Shown in pieces: positions 47,316 to 55,399 of a stretch of 55,569 nucleotides of DNA; the stretch's first letter is position 1, and each line of letters opens with the position of its first letter. Source of the stretch: a virus (taxonomy: Duplodnaviria; Caudoviricetes); IMG/VR virus record IMGVR_UViG_3300009068_002792, positions 1 to 55,569 of that record. One strand, written 5' to 3'. The position numbers were made by a program, and so were the translations under genes. The notes under the pieces were generated by a model. The model worked only from the letters and a program-made list of their open reading frames with translations, did no database searches and was not told where the DNA came from.

Positions 47316-48305
47316 TTAATTATTTTCTGGTAAATTTGGATCGGCTAATCTAGGATTATGTACTCTTTTAGTTCCTCTTTTAAAGTTTTTAAAAACAGTT
47401 TTTACAATCTCAACTGGTTTCTCTATGATTTTTTCTACAATCTTTTCAACTATGATTGGTTCAGAATTGCTTTCTGTTTTGTTATTCTTTACAAGTGAAT
47501 TGTAAGCGATAACCAAACATACTGCTAGTGGATCAAAAACAATAACAATTAATACAATAAATATTCTTACTGCTGTTTCTATTTTTAATCCAAAAGCATC
47601 TGCTACAAATTTAAATGTTCCTATTTCCCCTTTAGTATTATCACTTTCAAGTTCTAGGATAGTTTGATTATTTTCTGTATTCTTTTTAGTTAAATCATCT
47701 AACTCTTTATTTACGAATGATATTTGTTCAAATAATGAATTGATATTTTGTTGAGAACCAGTAACAATCTTCTCTCTGCTTTGTATGAGTTTAGAATCAG
47801 TTACTTTTTCAGTTTTGCCACTACTGAATATTCCTCCTTCTGTTGTTTTAGTGATAGTAACATCTTGCTTAACTGCACTATCTAATGATGCTTGGTAAGT
47901 CTTTTGAAGTTCAATTAGGTCTTTTAATTTACTTTTATTGAAATCTATTTGGGAAATATAAAAAACTTGTTGAGATTTTAAACCCTGTATTTTATTTTGA
48001 TTTAAACTATATTGCGAAAAGTTTCTTTGAAATGCGTCCGAAAGAAACCCAAATATACCAAGACTTGTTATGCCCATTAAAAGTAAAGTTGCACCAAGCA
48101 TATATTTTTTAAGAATTTTATTTGTATCATTCCAATAGCGGTATAGATAACTCGCACTAATAAGTTTAGCTAATTCCATTGTTCCAGCCATAACAGCTAC
48201 GCTCCAAAAACTCGCTGCAAATAGTAGAGCTATTCCCTTAACAGAGAAAAAAGCTGCACAAGAAGCTAGCGCAAATGCTGAAAATCCTAATATATACTTA
48301 AACAT
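47316..48305 (-). CDS. Multi-TM coiled-coil membrane protein
   Basis: AAFFSV.G...LF, MELAKL, ITSLGIFGFLS, EIG.FKFVA, IVFDPLAV.L; GTGTAA 7 nt upstream of reassigned start. Confidence 0.75.
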   Translation of the reverse strand: MFKYILGFSAFALASCAAFFSVKGIALLFAASFWSVAVMAGTMELAKLISASYLYRYWNDTNKILKKYMLGATLLLMGITSLGIFGFLSDAFQRNFSQYSLNQNKIQGLKSQQVFYISQIDFNKSKLKDLIELQKTYQASLDSAVKQDVTITKTTEGGIFSSGKTEKVTDSKLIQSREKIVTGSQQNINSLFEQISFVNKELDDLTKKNTENNQTILELESDNTKGEIGTFKFVADAFGLKIETAVRIFIVLIVIVFDPLAVCLVIAYNSLVKNNKTESNSEPIIVEKIVEKIIEKPVEIVKTVFKNFKRGTKRVHNPRLADPNLPENN

Positions 48306-48363
48306 AATATAATTACACAATCTTTTTTCTTTACTTTTACCAATAATATATTATAATCAATAT

Positions 48364-48627
48364 ATGGAAGAAAATACACAAAATACATCAAATACAGAAG
48401 ATAAGAGAATTGTATTACCAAATAATTCGTATGCCAGAGCAACTCCATTTTCTCCAGTAGTAAGAGTATTACCTAAAATATCAAGAAACTCTTATTGTCC
48501 ACTTAATAATGTTAAATTTAAAAAGTGCTGTGGCGCATCTGGACAAGATTATTGCACAAAGGCTAAAGAAAATCTAGAGAATTATGTCAATGATTTGAGA
48601 ACGAAAGATAATGATAAAAGCAGTTGA
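48364..48627 (+). CDS. SEC-C motif protein
   Basis: KISRNSYCP....KFKKCCG. Confidence 0.65.
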   Translation: MEENTQNTSNTEDKRIVLPNNSYARATPFSPVVRVLPKISRNSYCPLNNVKFKKCCGASGQDYCTKAKENLENYVNDLRTKDNDKSS

Positions 48628-49597
48628 TATTATTTTTGGTTTAGCTTGGGGCGATGAAGGCAAAGGTAAAATAAGTAATGCAATTAGCAAAAACTATGAC
48701 ATTGTTTGTCGTTGGAATGGTGGCCCCAATGCAGGTCACACAGTTTATCTCAATGATAAAAAATATAAAACTCATATTATTCCTTGTGGAGTTTTTCAAA
48801 ATAAACTTAGCGTCATTGGTCCAAATTGCGTTATCAATGTTGATAAATTTTTTGATGAAATAGAGTATTTACAAAAAGAAGGATTTGATACTTCTTTAAT
48901 TAAGGTTAGTCCAAAAGCTCATATTATTACTGAAAGACATATTCAGTATGATCTTAAATTCTTAAAACCTAAACTCGGCACAACTGGTCAAGGAATTGCA
49001 CCAGCTTATTCAGACAAAATGTTACGAGTAGGAAAATTAGCGGGAGATTATATTGATAAAAAATATCTTTGGGATGGAAATCTTGAAGGAGAAATTCTTT
49101 GCGAAGGGGCACAGAGTTTTTGGCTTGATATTAATTATGGTGATTATCCTTACGTTACAAGTAGCGAAACATTACCTTACAATGCTTGCTCTCTTGGCTT
49201 TAGTCCAAAGAAGATCAGAGAAATAATTGGCGTTGCAAAAATTTACGATACAAAAAGTGGAGTCGATCCATTGTTTCCAGAATCTTTATGGCAAGACGAT
49301 GAGCTTAATCAAATTATTGATCTTGGTCAAGAGTATGGTTCAACTACTGGTAGAAAAAGATTAGTAAATTGGTTGAATCTAAATAAATTAAAAGAAGCAG
49401 TTAAAATTTCTGGCGTAACAAAACTCATTATTAATAAATGCGACATCTTACAGAAACTTAACAAATATAAACTTTTCTTAAATCAGAATTTATATAATAC
49501 AAATGATTTTATACAAATGAAAAATATGATAAAAAATTATATAAACGATACAGAATATTGTGAAATAGTATTTTCTGGAAACAAATCAGACATTTAA
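48611..49597 (+). CDS. purA: Adenylosuccinate synthetase (short form)
   Basis: GLAWGDEGKGK, GGPNAGHT, GTTGQGI.PAY.DK, EGAQ, YPYVTSS, EYGSTTGRKR. Confidence 0.95.
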   Translation: MIKAVDIIFGLAWGDEGKGKISNAISKNYDIVCRWNGGPNAGHTVYLNDKKYKTHIIPCGVFQNKLSVIGPNCVINVDKFFDEIEYLQKEGFDTSLIKVSPKAHIITERHIQYDLKFLKPKLGTTGQGIAPAYSDKMLRVGKLAGDYIDKKYLWDGNLEGEILCEGAQSFWLDINYGDYPYVTSSETLPYNACSLGFSPKKIREIIGVAKIYDTKSGVDPLFPESLWQDDELNQIIDLGQEYGSTTGRKRLVNWLNLNKLKEAVKISGVTKLIINKCDILQKLNKYKLFLNQNLYNTNDFIQMKNMIKNYINDTEYCEIVFSGNKSDI

Positions 49598-49612
49598 TAG
49601 TGTAAACTATTA

Positions 49613-49846
49613 GTGAGTAATCAAAATCAAGCATTAGCTATTTGTTCTGAATTTGCCGATGAATATGGAATTGATACTCACGACAATGAAACAATTGTTG
49701 TCTATATAAATAGCAAATACGTAAATGAATTAAAAAATATGCTAGATAAAAAAGATTATAAACTTTCAACTTTTCAAGTATATGGCAAAGATGCCTTAGT
49801 TAATTTTATACCTAAATCTAGAAAAGAAAAAGATTCAGATATATAA
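49613..49846 (+). CDS. Hypothetical protein
   Basis: 77 aa ORF with GTG start and GTGTAA 7 nt upstream. Confidence 0.6.
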   Translation: MSNQNQALAICSEFADEYGIDTHDNETIVVYINSKYVNELKNMLDKKDYKLSTFQVYGKDALVNFIPKSRKEKDSDI

Positions 49847-49852
49847 TATAAT

Positions 49853-50386
49853 ATGCATCCAGTAATATCAAGACTTTTAATTGTTAAAGGTTTCTTTTTA
49901 GGAGGATTTGTAAGAGATTTTTTAATTAGAGGAGAAAAATTTCAAGATATAGATTATTCATTTCATTATCCATTCGCTCTTTCAGATTCAGACGCTACCA
50001 TTTTAAATCAAAATGAAACTATTCGTTTGGATGATTCAGAAGAACCTAAAAGACGGATAAATGGTTTATATTTTCACTATTGTCCTACATCTTATTATTA
50101 TGATTTATCTTGCAATCTTTTCGGTTTTGACAAAGATGGATTTTTCCCTTTGCCATCTTATCACTTATTTGATTTAAATAAAGCTTGGGAACTTATATTA
50201 GATAAAAAGTTTTATAAACTATGTGATGGAAAATTAACTACGCAAAAAATGTTAAGACAAAATTGGGAAATGGTTGGAGAAATTCAAGATAAAAAAAATC
50301 AAATCATACATCACGATAGAAATGGGATATGGAATGATTATAATAAAATAGCCAAGCAAAAATTAAATGAACTTGTTTACCGATAA
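49853..50386 (+). CDS. Nucleotidyltransferase, CCA/poly(A) polymerase head-like
   Basis: FLGGFVRD...DIDY (GG.VRD..DxD), later DLSCN. Confidence 0.65.
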   Translation: MHPVISRLLIVKGFFLGGFVRDFLIRGEKFQDIDYSFHYPFALSDSDATILNQNETIRLDDSEEPKRRINGLYFHYCPTSYYYDLSCNLFGFDKDGFFPLPSYHLFDLNKAWELILDKKFYKLCDGKLTTQKMLRQNWEMVGEIQDKKNQIIHHDRNGIWNDYNKIAKQKLNELVYR

Positions 50387-50987
50387 AGAATTCTATTGCG
50401 AAAAGAATAAAGAATTAGCTTCGATATTAAGTGATGTAATTAATACTAAAAAATTTTACATTCTTCGAGGGTCTTTAGCTATAGCTTTATATTTTAAAAA
50501 ATTCTATAGATGTTATAAAGATATTGATTTCTACATGGACGATAAAGATATAGACTTCTGGATAAACTTTTTTTCTAAAAAATACATTGTTAAAAAATGC
50601 TTCATACCAATATCTAGAAGTCAAAAAATGTTTCAATTAGTTAAAAACCAAGAGCATATGGGACATTTAGTTTTTATTGAAGATCCGTATGATAAAAAAA
50701 ATATGTTAAAACAAATATATACCCAAAGATTTCTTGATGAAAGAAATGATATTATTGCAAAATACTCTAAATATATTCCTGTAACACAAAACGAAAGAAA
50801 TAAAGCATTAGAAAGCAAAGAAGATATAATTACAGAAATAGAAATAGACAATATTAAAATTAACATTTTAAACATTAAATACTTGAAAGAACAAAAAATT
50901 TTCGCTAAAATATATAATGAAGATAAATTAGCTCCAATAGACAATGATTTAGAATTTTATTTTAATATTAAATGGGGCGATGGTTGA
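50367..50987 (+). CDS. Pol-beta-family nucleotidyltransferase
   Basis: ILRGSLA...R.YKDIDF (hG[GS]x9-13DhD). Confidence 0.65.
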   Translation: MNLFTDKEFYCEKNKELASILSDVINTKKFYILRGSLAIALYFKKFYRCYKDIDFYMDDKDIDFWINFFSKKYIVKKCFIPISRSQKMFQLVKNQEHMGHLVFIEDPYDKKNMLKQIYTQRFLDERNDIIAKYSKYIPVTQNERNKALESKEDIITEIEIDNIKINILNIKYLKEQKIFAKIYNEDKLAPIDNDLEFYFNIKWGDG

Positions 50988-51060
50988 GTGGTTGAAAACA
51001 GCAGTTTACTAAACTGCCGATGGAGAAATTCATTCGTAGGTTCGAATCCTACTCGCCCCG
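50974..51060 (+). tRNA. tRNA-Ser(ACU)
   Basis: Acceptor GGGGCGA/TCGCCCC, anticodon arm GCAGT-TTACTAA-ACTGC, long variable arm, T-arm GTAGG-TTCGAAT-CCTAC, G73, no encoded CCA. Confidence 0.92.
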
Positions 51061-51103
51061 AAATTTATTAGACATTCTTAAAATAAACACTATAATATAT
51101 ATT

Positions 51104-51394
51104 ATGAATAAAATTAAAGCTCTATTATTGTCTATGACATTTGCCTCAGTTAGTCTTGCTGATGTTGGAGCATCAAATGAAAATACTCCAGTAGCAGATG
51201 GTTTCTTATCCGCTGGAGATCTCGTAATTGTTCGTCCAATTTCAACCGCAGCTACAATTGGTGCTTTTGGAATTTTCGCAGTAGTCGCACCATTTACTGA
51301 AATGGCTGGATGCACAGAAGAAACTTACGAAGGTCTTGTAGAAAAGACTGGCAAGTTTTCTTTTGATCGTGATCTTGGTGATTTTACAAAGTAA
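51104..51394 (+). CDS. Putative exported/membrane protein
   Basis: Signal peptide ending SLA; D.VIVRP...ATI.....F....PF...LV.....F.F.R.LGDF. Start reassigned because the ORF-track start overlaps the tRNA. Confidence 0.7.
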   Translation: MNKIKALLLSMTFASVSLADVGASNENTPVADGFLSAGDLVIVRPISTAATIGAFGIFAVVAPFTEMAGCTEETYEGLVEKTGKFSFDRDLGDFTK

Positions 51395-51428
51395 TATTTA
51401 CTAACGAAAAAATCCCAAATATATAAAC

Positions 51429-51456
51429 TTGACATAGTTTATATGTTGAATATAAT
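51429..51456 (+). promoter_or_regulatory. sigma70-type promoter (leaderless)
   Basis: TTGACA-16 nt-TATAAT, 6 nt before the ATG at 51463. Confidence 0.7.
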
Positions 51457-51462
51457 GGTCTT

Positions 51463-52014
51463 ATGAGCAAAGAACTTTTTCTTGAATGTGATTGTTATTC
51501 AGAAGGTATTAAATTCAATTATGATGAAGATGGACTACTATACATCTCTCTTTATCAAAGAGGATTTAAACCAAGAACTAAAACTTGGCGTGAAAAGCTA
51601 AGATGGATCTGGCAAATAATTATTAAAGATGTTCCTTACGATGATGAAGTGATTATTTCAAAAGATAAAATCAAACAATTAAGTGAATTTGTGAACGAGA
51701 TTTCACCAAATAAGAATGTATTTGCTAACGAAAATTCGCCAAATATAGAACTGAAAAGAGGAACACTTTACAAAATCCAAGGCGAAGATATGCCATTTAG
51801 GTATGTTGAATATACAAAATTAGTGAATACTAAAGATGACGGACTTTATCATTTTAAATATCATCAGTTAAAAACTCACACTCTTTCAAAGAAATATTTG
51901 AATAGAGTAGAAAGAGAAGCAACTTCAGAAGAAATAAGAATATATAATTTAACAAAAAAAGAAGCAGACAGATTATGGGAGGAGCAAAATTCTAGAAATT
52001 ATAATTTCTATTGA
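51463..52014 (+). CDS. Hypothetical protein, apparently two modules joined by the repeat pair
   Basis: 183 aa with central FVNEISPNKNVFANENSPNIE encoded by the repeats. Confidence 0.65.
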   Translation: MSKELFLECDCYSEGIKFNYDEDGLLYISLYQRGFKPRTKTWREKLRWIWQIIIKDVPYDDEVIISKDKIKQLSEFVNEISPNKNVFANENSPNIELKRGTLYKIQGEDMPFRYVEYTKLVNTKDDGLYHFKYHQLKTHTLSKKYLNRVEREATSEEIRIYNLTKKEADRLWEEQNSRNYNFY

Positions 52015-52073
52015 TTTGCTAACGAGATCAAGCCAAATATAGTCATATTTGCTAACGAAAAAAAGCCAAATAT

Positions 52074-52250
52074 ATGAACGAAAAAAGTGCAAATAATGGT
52101 GCTGGAAAAGGTGATAAACCAAGAAATTGTTTCTCTAATAGGTTTAAGGAAAACTATGATAGTATAAACTGGTCAGACGAAAAAGATAAGTCGTTGATTA
52201 AAAAAGAATTAAAAAACAAAGATGGTTCAGCTACATATATTTACAAATAA
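52074..52250 (+). CDS. Small hypothetical phage protein (58 aa)
   Basis: Manual translation MNEKSANNGAGKGDKPRNCFSNRFKENYDSINW... Confidence 0.6.
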   Translation: MNEKSANNGAGKGDKPRNCFSNRFKENYDSINWSDEKDKSLIKKELKNKDGSATYIYK

Positions 52251-52261
52251 TATATAGAGTA

Positions 52262-52290
52262 TTGACAGATTTAACAAAGAGTAATATACT
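52262..52290 (+). promoter_or_regulatory. sigma70-type promoter (leaderless)
   Basis: TTGACA-17 nt-TATACT, 6 nt before the ATG at 52297. Confidence 0.7.
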
Positions 52291-52296
52291 CTTACT

Positions 52297-53196
52297 ATGA
52301 GAAAAGGAGTTTGTTGTATTGTATTAAGTCTAACTGAACAAGATAATCCTATCAAGTTCAATACTATGACTTATGCTCGTTTCTCATCTATGGATAGAAA
52401 GGAAGCTCTTTCTACCCTTTCCTCTAGAATATTAAACAATATGCTTACTACATATCACTATATCAAGTATTGTGCAGACCATAATCATACTTATAGAATT
52501 TCTTCTGATCTATTTCCTCTTATCACTTATGATAAAGCAGATGTTAAGCTGGAAAACTTACCAGATTATACCAGAATACTAGCATCATTTGATAGTATCA
52601 AGAAACTAATACAATCTAGAAATGTTAGAGTATCTTGCCATCCCTCTGAATTTAATGTTCTTGCAAGTGATAACGATAATGCAGTAACTAAAACAATCAA
52701 AGAATTAAATCATTATGGTTGGTTTATGACGCAAATTGGTTGTCCTCTTAACTATGATTCTCCTATGAATATGCACATACATAATTCTAAAGGCGATTTA
52801 AATAATATAATAAAAAAGTTTATGAGCAACTTTCAAAGACTATCAGATGATGTTAAATCTAGATTAGTTATTGAGAATGACGATAAGGACACTTGCTGGT
52901 CAGTTAAGAAACTTATCAAGCATTTTCATTCTGTTTCTAATATTCCTATTACTTTCGATTATCTTCATCACAAATGTCATCCAGATAATTTAACAGAAGA
53001 AGAAGCATTTCATCTCGCCCGAATTACTTGGGGTAATCATACTCCACTATTTCATTATTCAGAAAGCATTGATGGTCATAAGAATCCTAGAAAACACGCC
53101 GACTACGCAAAGTTCTTGCCAAATACTTATGGTTATGATAACATAGATGTAGACTTTGAATTAAAGATGAAAGAACAATCATTCGCTAAACTATGA
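52297..53196 (+). CDS. uvsE: UV DNA damage endonuclease
   Basis: YRISSDLFP, RVSCHP..F.VLAS, HIH, RLVIENDD, PITFDYLHH, PLFHYSE, HADY, ELKMKE. Confidence 0.92.
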   Translation: MRKGVCCIVLSLTEQDNPIKFNTMTYARFSSMDRKEALSTLSSRILNNMLTTYHYIKYCADHNHTYRISSDLFPLITYDKADVKLENLPDYTRILASFDSIKKLIQSRNVRVSCHPSEFNVLASDNDNAVTKTIKELNHYGWFMTQIGCPLNYDSPMNMHIHNSKGDLNNIIKKFMSNFQRLSDDVKSRLVIENDDKDTCWSVKKLIKHFHSVSNIPITFDYLHHKCHPDNLTEEEAFHLARITWGNHTPLFHYSESIDGHKNPRKHADYAKFLPNTYGYDNIDVDFELKMKEQSFAKL

Positions 53197-53282
53197 CACA
53201 TAAATTATATGAATTATTTGTAGTTGTTTTAGGCGTGATAGCCAATATTGTGCTTATCATAAATGCAATTCATCATTGGTAA
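53193..53282 (+). CDS. Small membrane peptide (29 aa)
   Basis: MTHKLYELFVVVLGVIANIVLIINAIHHW*, ATGA overlap with the uvsE stop. Confidence 0.45.
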   Translation: MTHKLYELFVVVLGVIANIVLIINAIHHW

Positions 53283-53287
53283 TACTT

Positions 53288-53764
53288 ATGATAGAATTAC
53301 AAGTATCAAATAAAATCTTAACAGAAGCAAAGTTAAGAGCAACAAAACTTGGCAAATTAAATAATTCTATTACAGAAGGTGCGGGAAATATTGCTGGTTA
53401 TATTGGGCAATTAATTGTTGCAGAATATTTAAATGCAGAAGAACCAGACAATTACAATTTTGATGTTAAGAAAGATCATACTACTTACGAAGTGAAAACA
53501 AAGCGTTGCACTTCAAGGCCAAGGCGAGAATACGATTGTAGCGTTTCAGATTTTAATACAAAACAAAATTGTGACTATTATCTTTTTGTAAGAGTATTAG
53601 AGGATTTTTCTAAAGCGTGGATTCTTGGCAAGAAAAAGAAAGCAGATTATTTCAATGAAGCACGATTTTGTGAAAAAGGCAAGGTCGATGAAAAATCTAC
53701 TTTTGGTTGGAGATTTAAAGCAGATTGTTATAATCTAGAAATATCTAAATTGGAGACTATATGA
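53288..53764 (+). CDS. PD-(D/E)XK-type nuclease-like protein
   Basis: G.IGQ, YNFDV......YEVKTK, DYYLFVRV, AWILG. Confidence 0.6.
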   Translation: MIELQVSNKILTEAKLRATKLGKLNNSITEGAGNIAGYIGQLIVAEYLNAEEPDNYNFDVKKDHTTYEVKTKRCTSRPRREYDCSVSDFNTKQNCDYYLFVRVLEDFSKAWILGKKKKADYFNEARFCEKGKVDEKSTFGWRFKADCYNLEISKLETI

Positions 53765-53869
53765 ACATAATTAAACTTGCATTATCAATCGGTATGGTAT
53801 ATAATGTATGCAAAGGAAACATACAAACTGCAACATTAATTGGAGTTTGTTTAATTTTAACTAATTTTT

Positions 53870-54139
53870 ATGGAAGAACACGATAGACTATTAAATCTAG
53901 TAATTAAAAAGCCAGAAGATTACGAACCTTTTGGAGAATTAAAAAAATGGGAAAAGGAAAATATGGATTATCCAGATTGTTCTTGTGGATGTGGATATTT
54001 TATTCCCCTTCGTGGAAGTTTAGGTGAGGATTGGGGAATTTGTAGTAATCCAGAAAGTCATAGAAATGGATTATTAACTAACGAACATCAAGGATGCCTC
54101 AAGTTTAATAATATTGACAAGAAAAGAGATTATTTGTAA
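53870..54139 (+). CDS. DUF3027-like Cys-rich protein
   Basis: DCSCGCGYFIPL.G.LG.DWGICSNP.S...GLLT.EHQGC. Confidence 0.7.
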   Translation: MEEHDRLLNLVIKKPEDYEPFGELKKWEKENMDYPDCSCGCGYFIPLRGSLGEDWGICSNPESHRNGLLTNEHQGCLKFNNIDKKRDYL

Positions 54140-54149
54140 TATAAATTAT

Positions 54150-54797
54150 ATGGGAATGTTTAATTATATCAAGGTTGAGCAAGATTTACCTATTAATGAT
54201 GAGTTAAAAGCTCTTAATATTGACTTCAAGAAAGAAGAATTTCAAACAAAAGAATTAGAAGATAATGTAATGGCTACTTATATTATCCGTGATTATAGGT
54301 TGTTTGAATTAAAAATAACTAGCCATTGGGAAGATAATCCAGATTATGTAAAAGATGGTAGTAGATTTGGTGAATTTTTTAATAAGAATAAATTGGTAGA
54401 AGATAGTAGAGAAGAAATCTTTAGGGATGATTATACTGGAACATTTACTTTTGGAACTTATGTTCTTGGTCAAGATAAAGAAAGCTATGATTGGTTTCCA
54501 GATTGGAAATGTGTTGTAGTTAAAGGTTTATTAACAGAAATATCCTTAATTAAGCCCATAGAAAAAAATTCATCTGGAACAAGAATAGAATTAGACGAAC
54601 AATTTAAAAAACAATTAGACGATCACGAAAGAAAAATGAAATGTCCAGTTTATAGTTTTTACTTTAAATATTATGTTAAGACTATGAATCTTATTGAATG
54701 GAAACTTGATGCTCTAATAGGTCGTATTATACGATTATTAGATTGGCTACGATGGAAAGGTATTAGAAAATTAATAAGGATTTTAACACCAAGATGA
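54150..54797 (+). CDS. Hypothetical phage protein
   Basis: MGMFNYI...FQTKEL; preceded by TTGACA-17 nt-TAATAT (54114-54142). Start reassigned. Confidence 0.7.
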   Translation: MGMFNYIKVEQDLPINDELKALNIDFKKEEFQTKELEDNVMATYIIRDYRLFELKITSHWEDNPDYVKDGSRFGEFFNKNKLVEDSREEIFRDDYTGTFTFGTYVLGQDKESYDWFPDWKCVVVKGLLTEISLIKPIEKNSSGTRIELDEQFKKQLDDHERKMKCPVYSFYFKYYVKTMNLIEWKLDALIGRIIRLLDWLRWKGIRKLIRILTPR

Positions 54798-55399
54798 AGA
54801 AAAATAATAAAAATAAAATTGATTGTCTCATAAAAAATCTGTGGGCTTCAGTCGAAGAAATGAATAAAGATTTATTTATAGATTTAGAAAAACAAGAGAT
54901 ATTTAAAGTTTCTTCTGGAGAAAAATGCAAATTTTTTTCAAGTGGTAGTAAGAAAAACGATAGTATATATTATGTAATAAATTTTAACGGAACAAAATTG
55001 AAAGTCCATCGTTTATTTTTCTATTACCATCACGGATATTTACCACCTCTAGTAGATCATAAAGACAGAAATTCTCAAAATAATAATATAGAAAATTTAA
55101 GAGAATTAACTAAGAGTGAGAATGGTAGAAATACAGATAAAAGAAGTGGTTTAACATCAAGACATAAAGGAGTATTTTGGTCTATTAAAAGAAAAAAATG
55201 GGAAACAAGGATTACGCTGAATGGAAAAGGTAAGTTTTTAGGTTATTATGAAAACGAAGATTATGCTGGTCAAGTAGTCAATGACGCAATAAGAAAATAT
55301 GGTTTAGAAGAAGTATCAGTAATGAATGATACTCCTCAAGAAAGAGCAAGGAAATTAAGTTTATTTGACAACCTAGAACCTATTACAGATTTAAAATGA
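54794..55399 (+). CDS. HNH endonuclease with AP2 DNA-binding domain
   Basis: VHRL...VDHKDRN..NN.IENLR..T..EN..N; S..KGV.W...KKW..RI...GK..FLGYY. Confidence 0.9.
   Translation: MKKNNKNKIDCLIKNLWASVEEMNKDLFIDLEKQEIFKVSSGEKCKFFSSGSKKNDSIYYVINFNGTKLKVHRLFFYYHHGYLPPLVDHKDRNSQNNNIENLRELTKSENGRNTDKRSGLTSRHKGVFWSIKRKKWETRITLNGKGKFLGYYENEDYAGQVVNDAIRKYGLEEVSVMNDTPQERARKLSLFDNLEPITDLK

Larger units (their letters stand above)
51396..52098 (+). repeat. Dispersed ~29 bp repeat ATTTGCTAACGA-N7-CCAAATATA, 5 copies plus 1 degenerate
   Basis: Copies start at 51396, 51687, 51720, 52014, 52047 and ~52070. Confidence 0.85.

Noticed and set aside
48611-49597. PurZ (2-aminoadenine, Z-genome)
   Set aside because: The motif is GDEGKG with the canonical PurA Asp; PurZ has Ser (GSTGKG)
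51020-51103. N-terminal extension of ORF 51020-51394
   Set aside because: Overlaps the tRNA and a promoter-like sequence; the signal peptide begins at 51104
51396-52098. CRISPR mini-array
   Set aside because: Units are either directly tandem or ~300 bp apart, with a 7 nt internal variable core; there are no spacer-sized unique sequences and no cas genes
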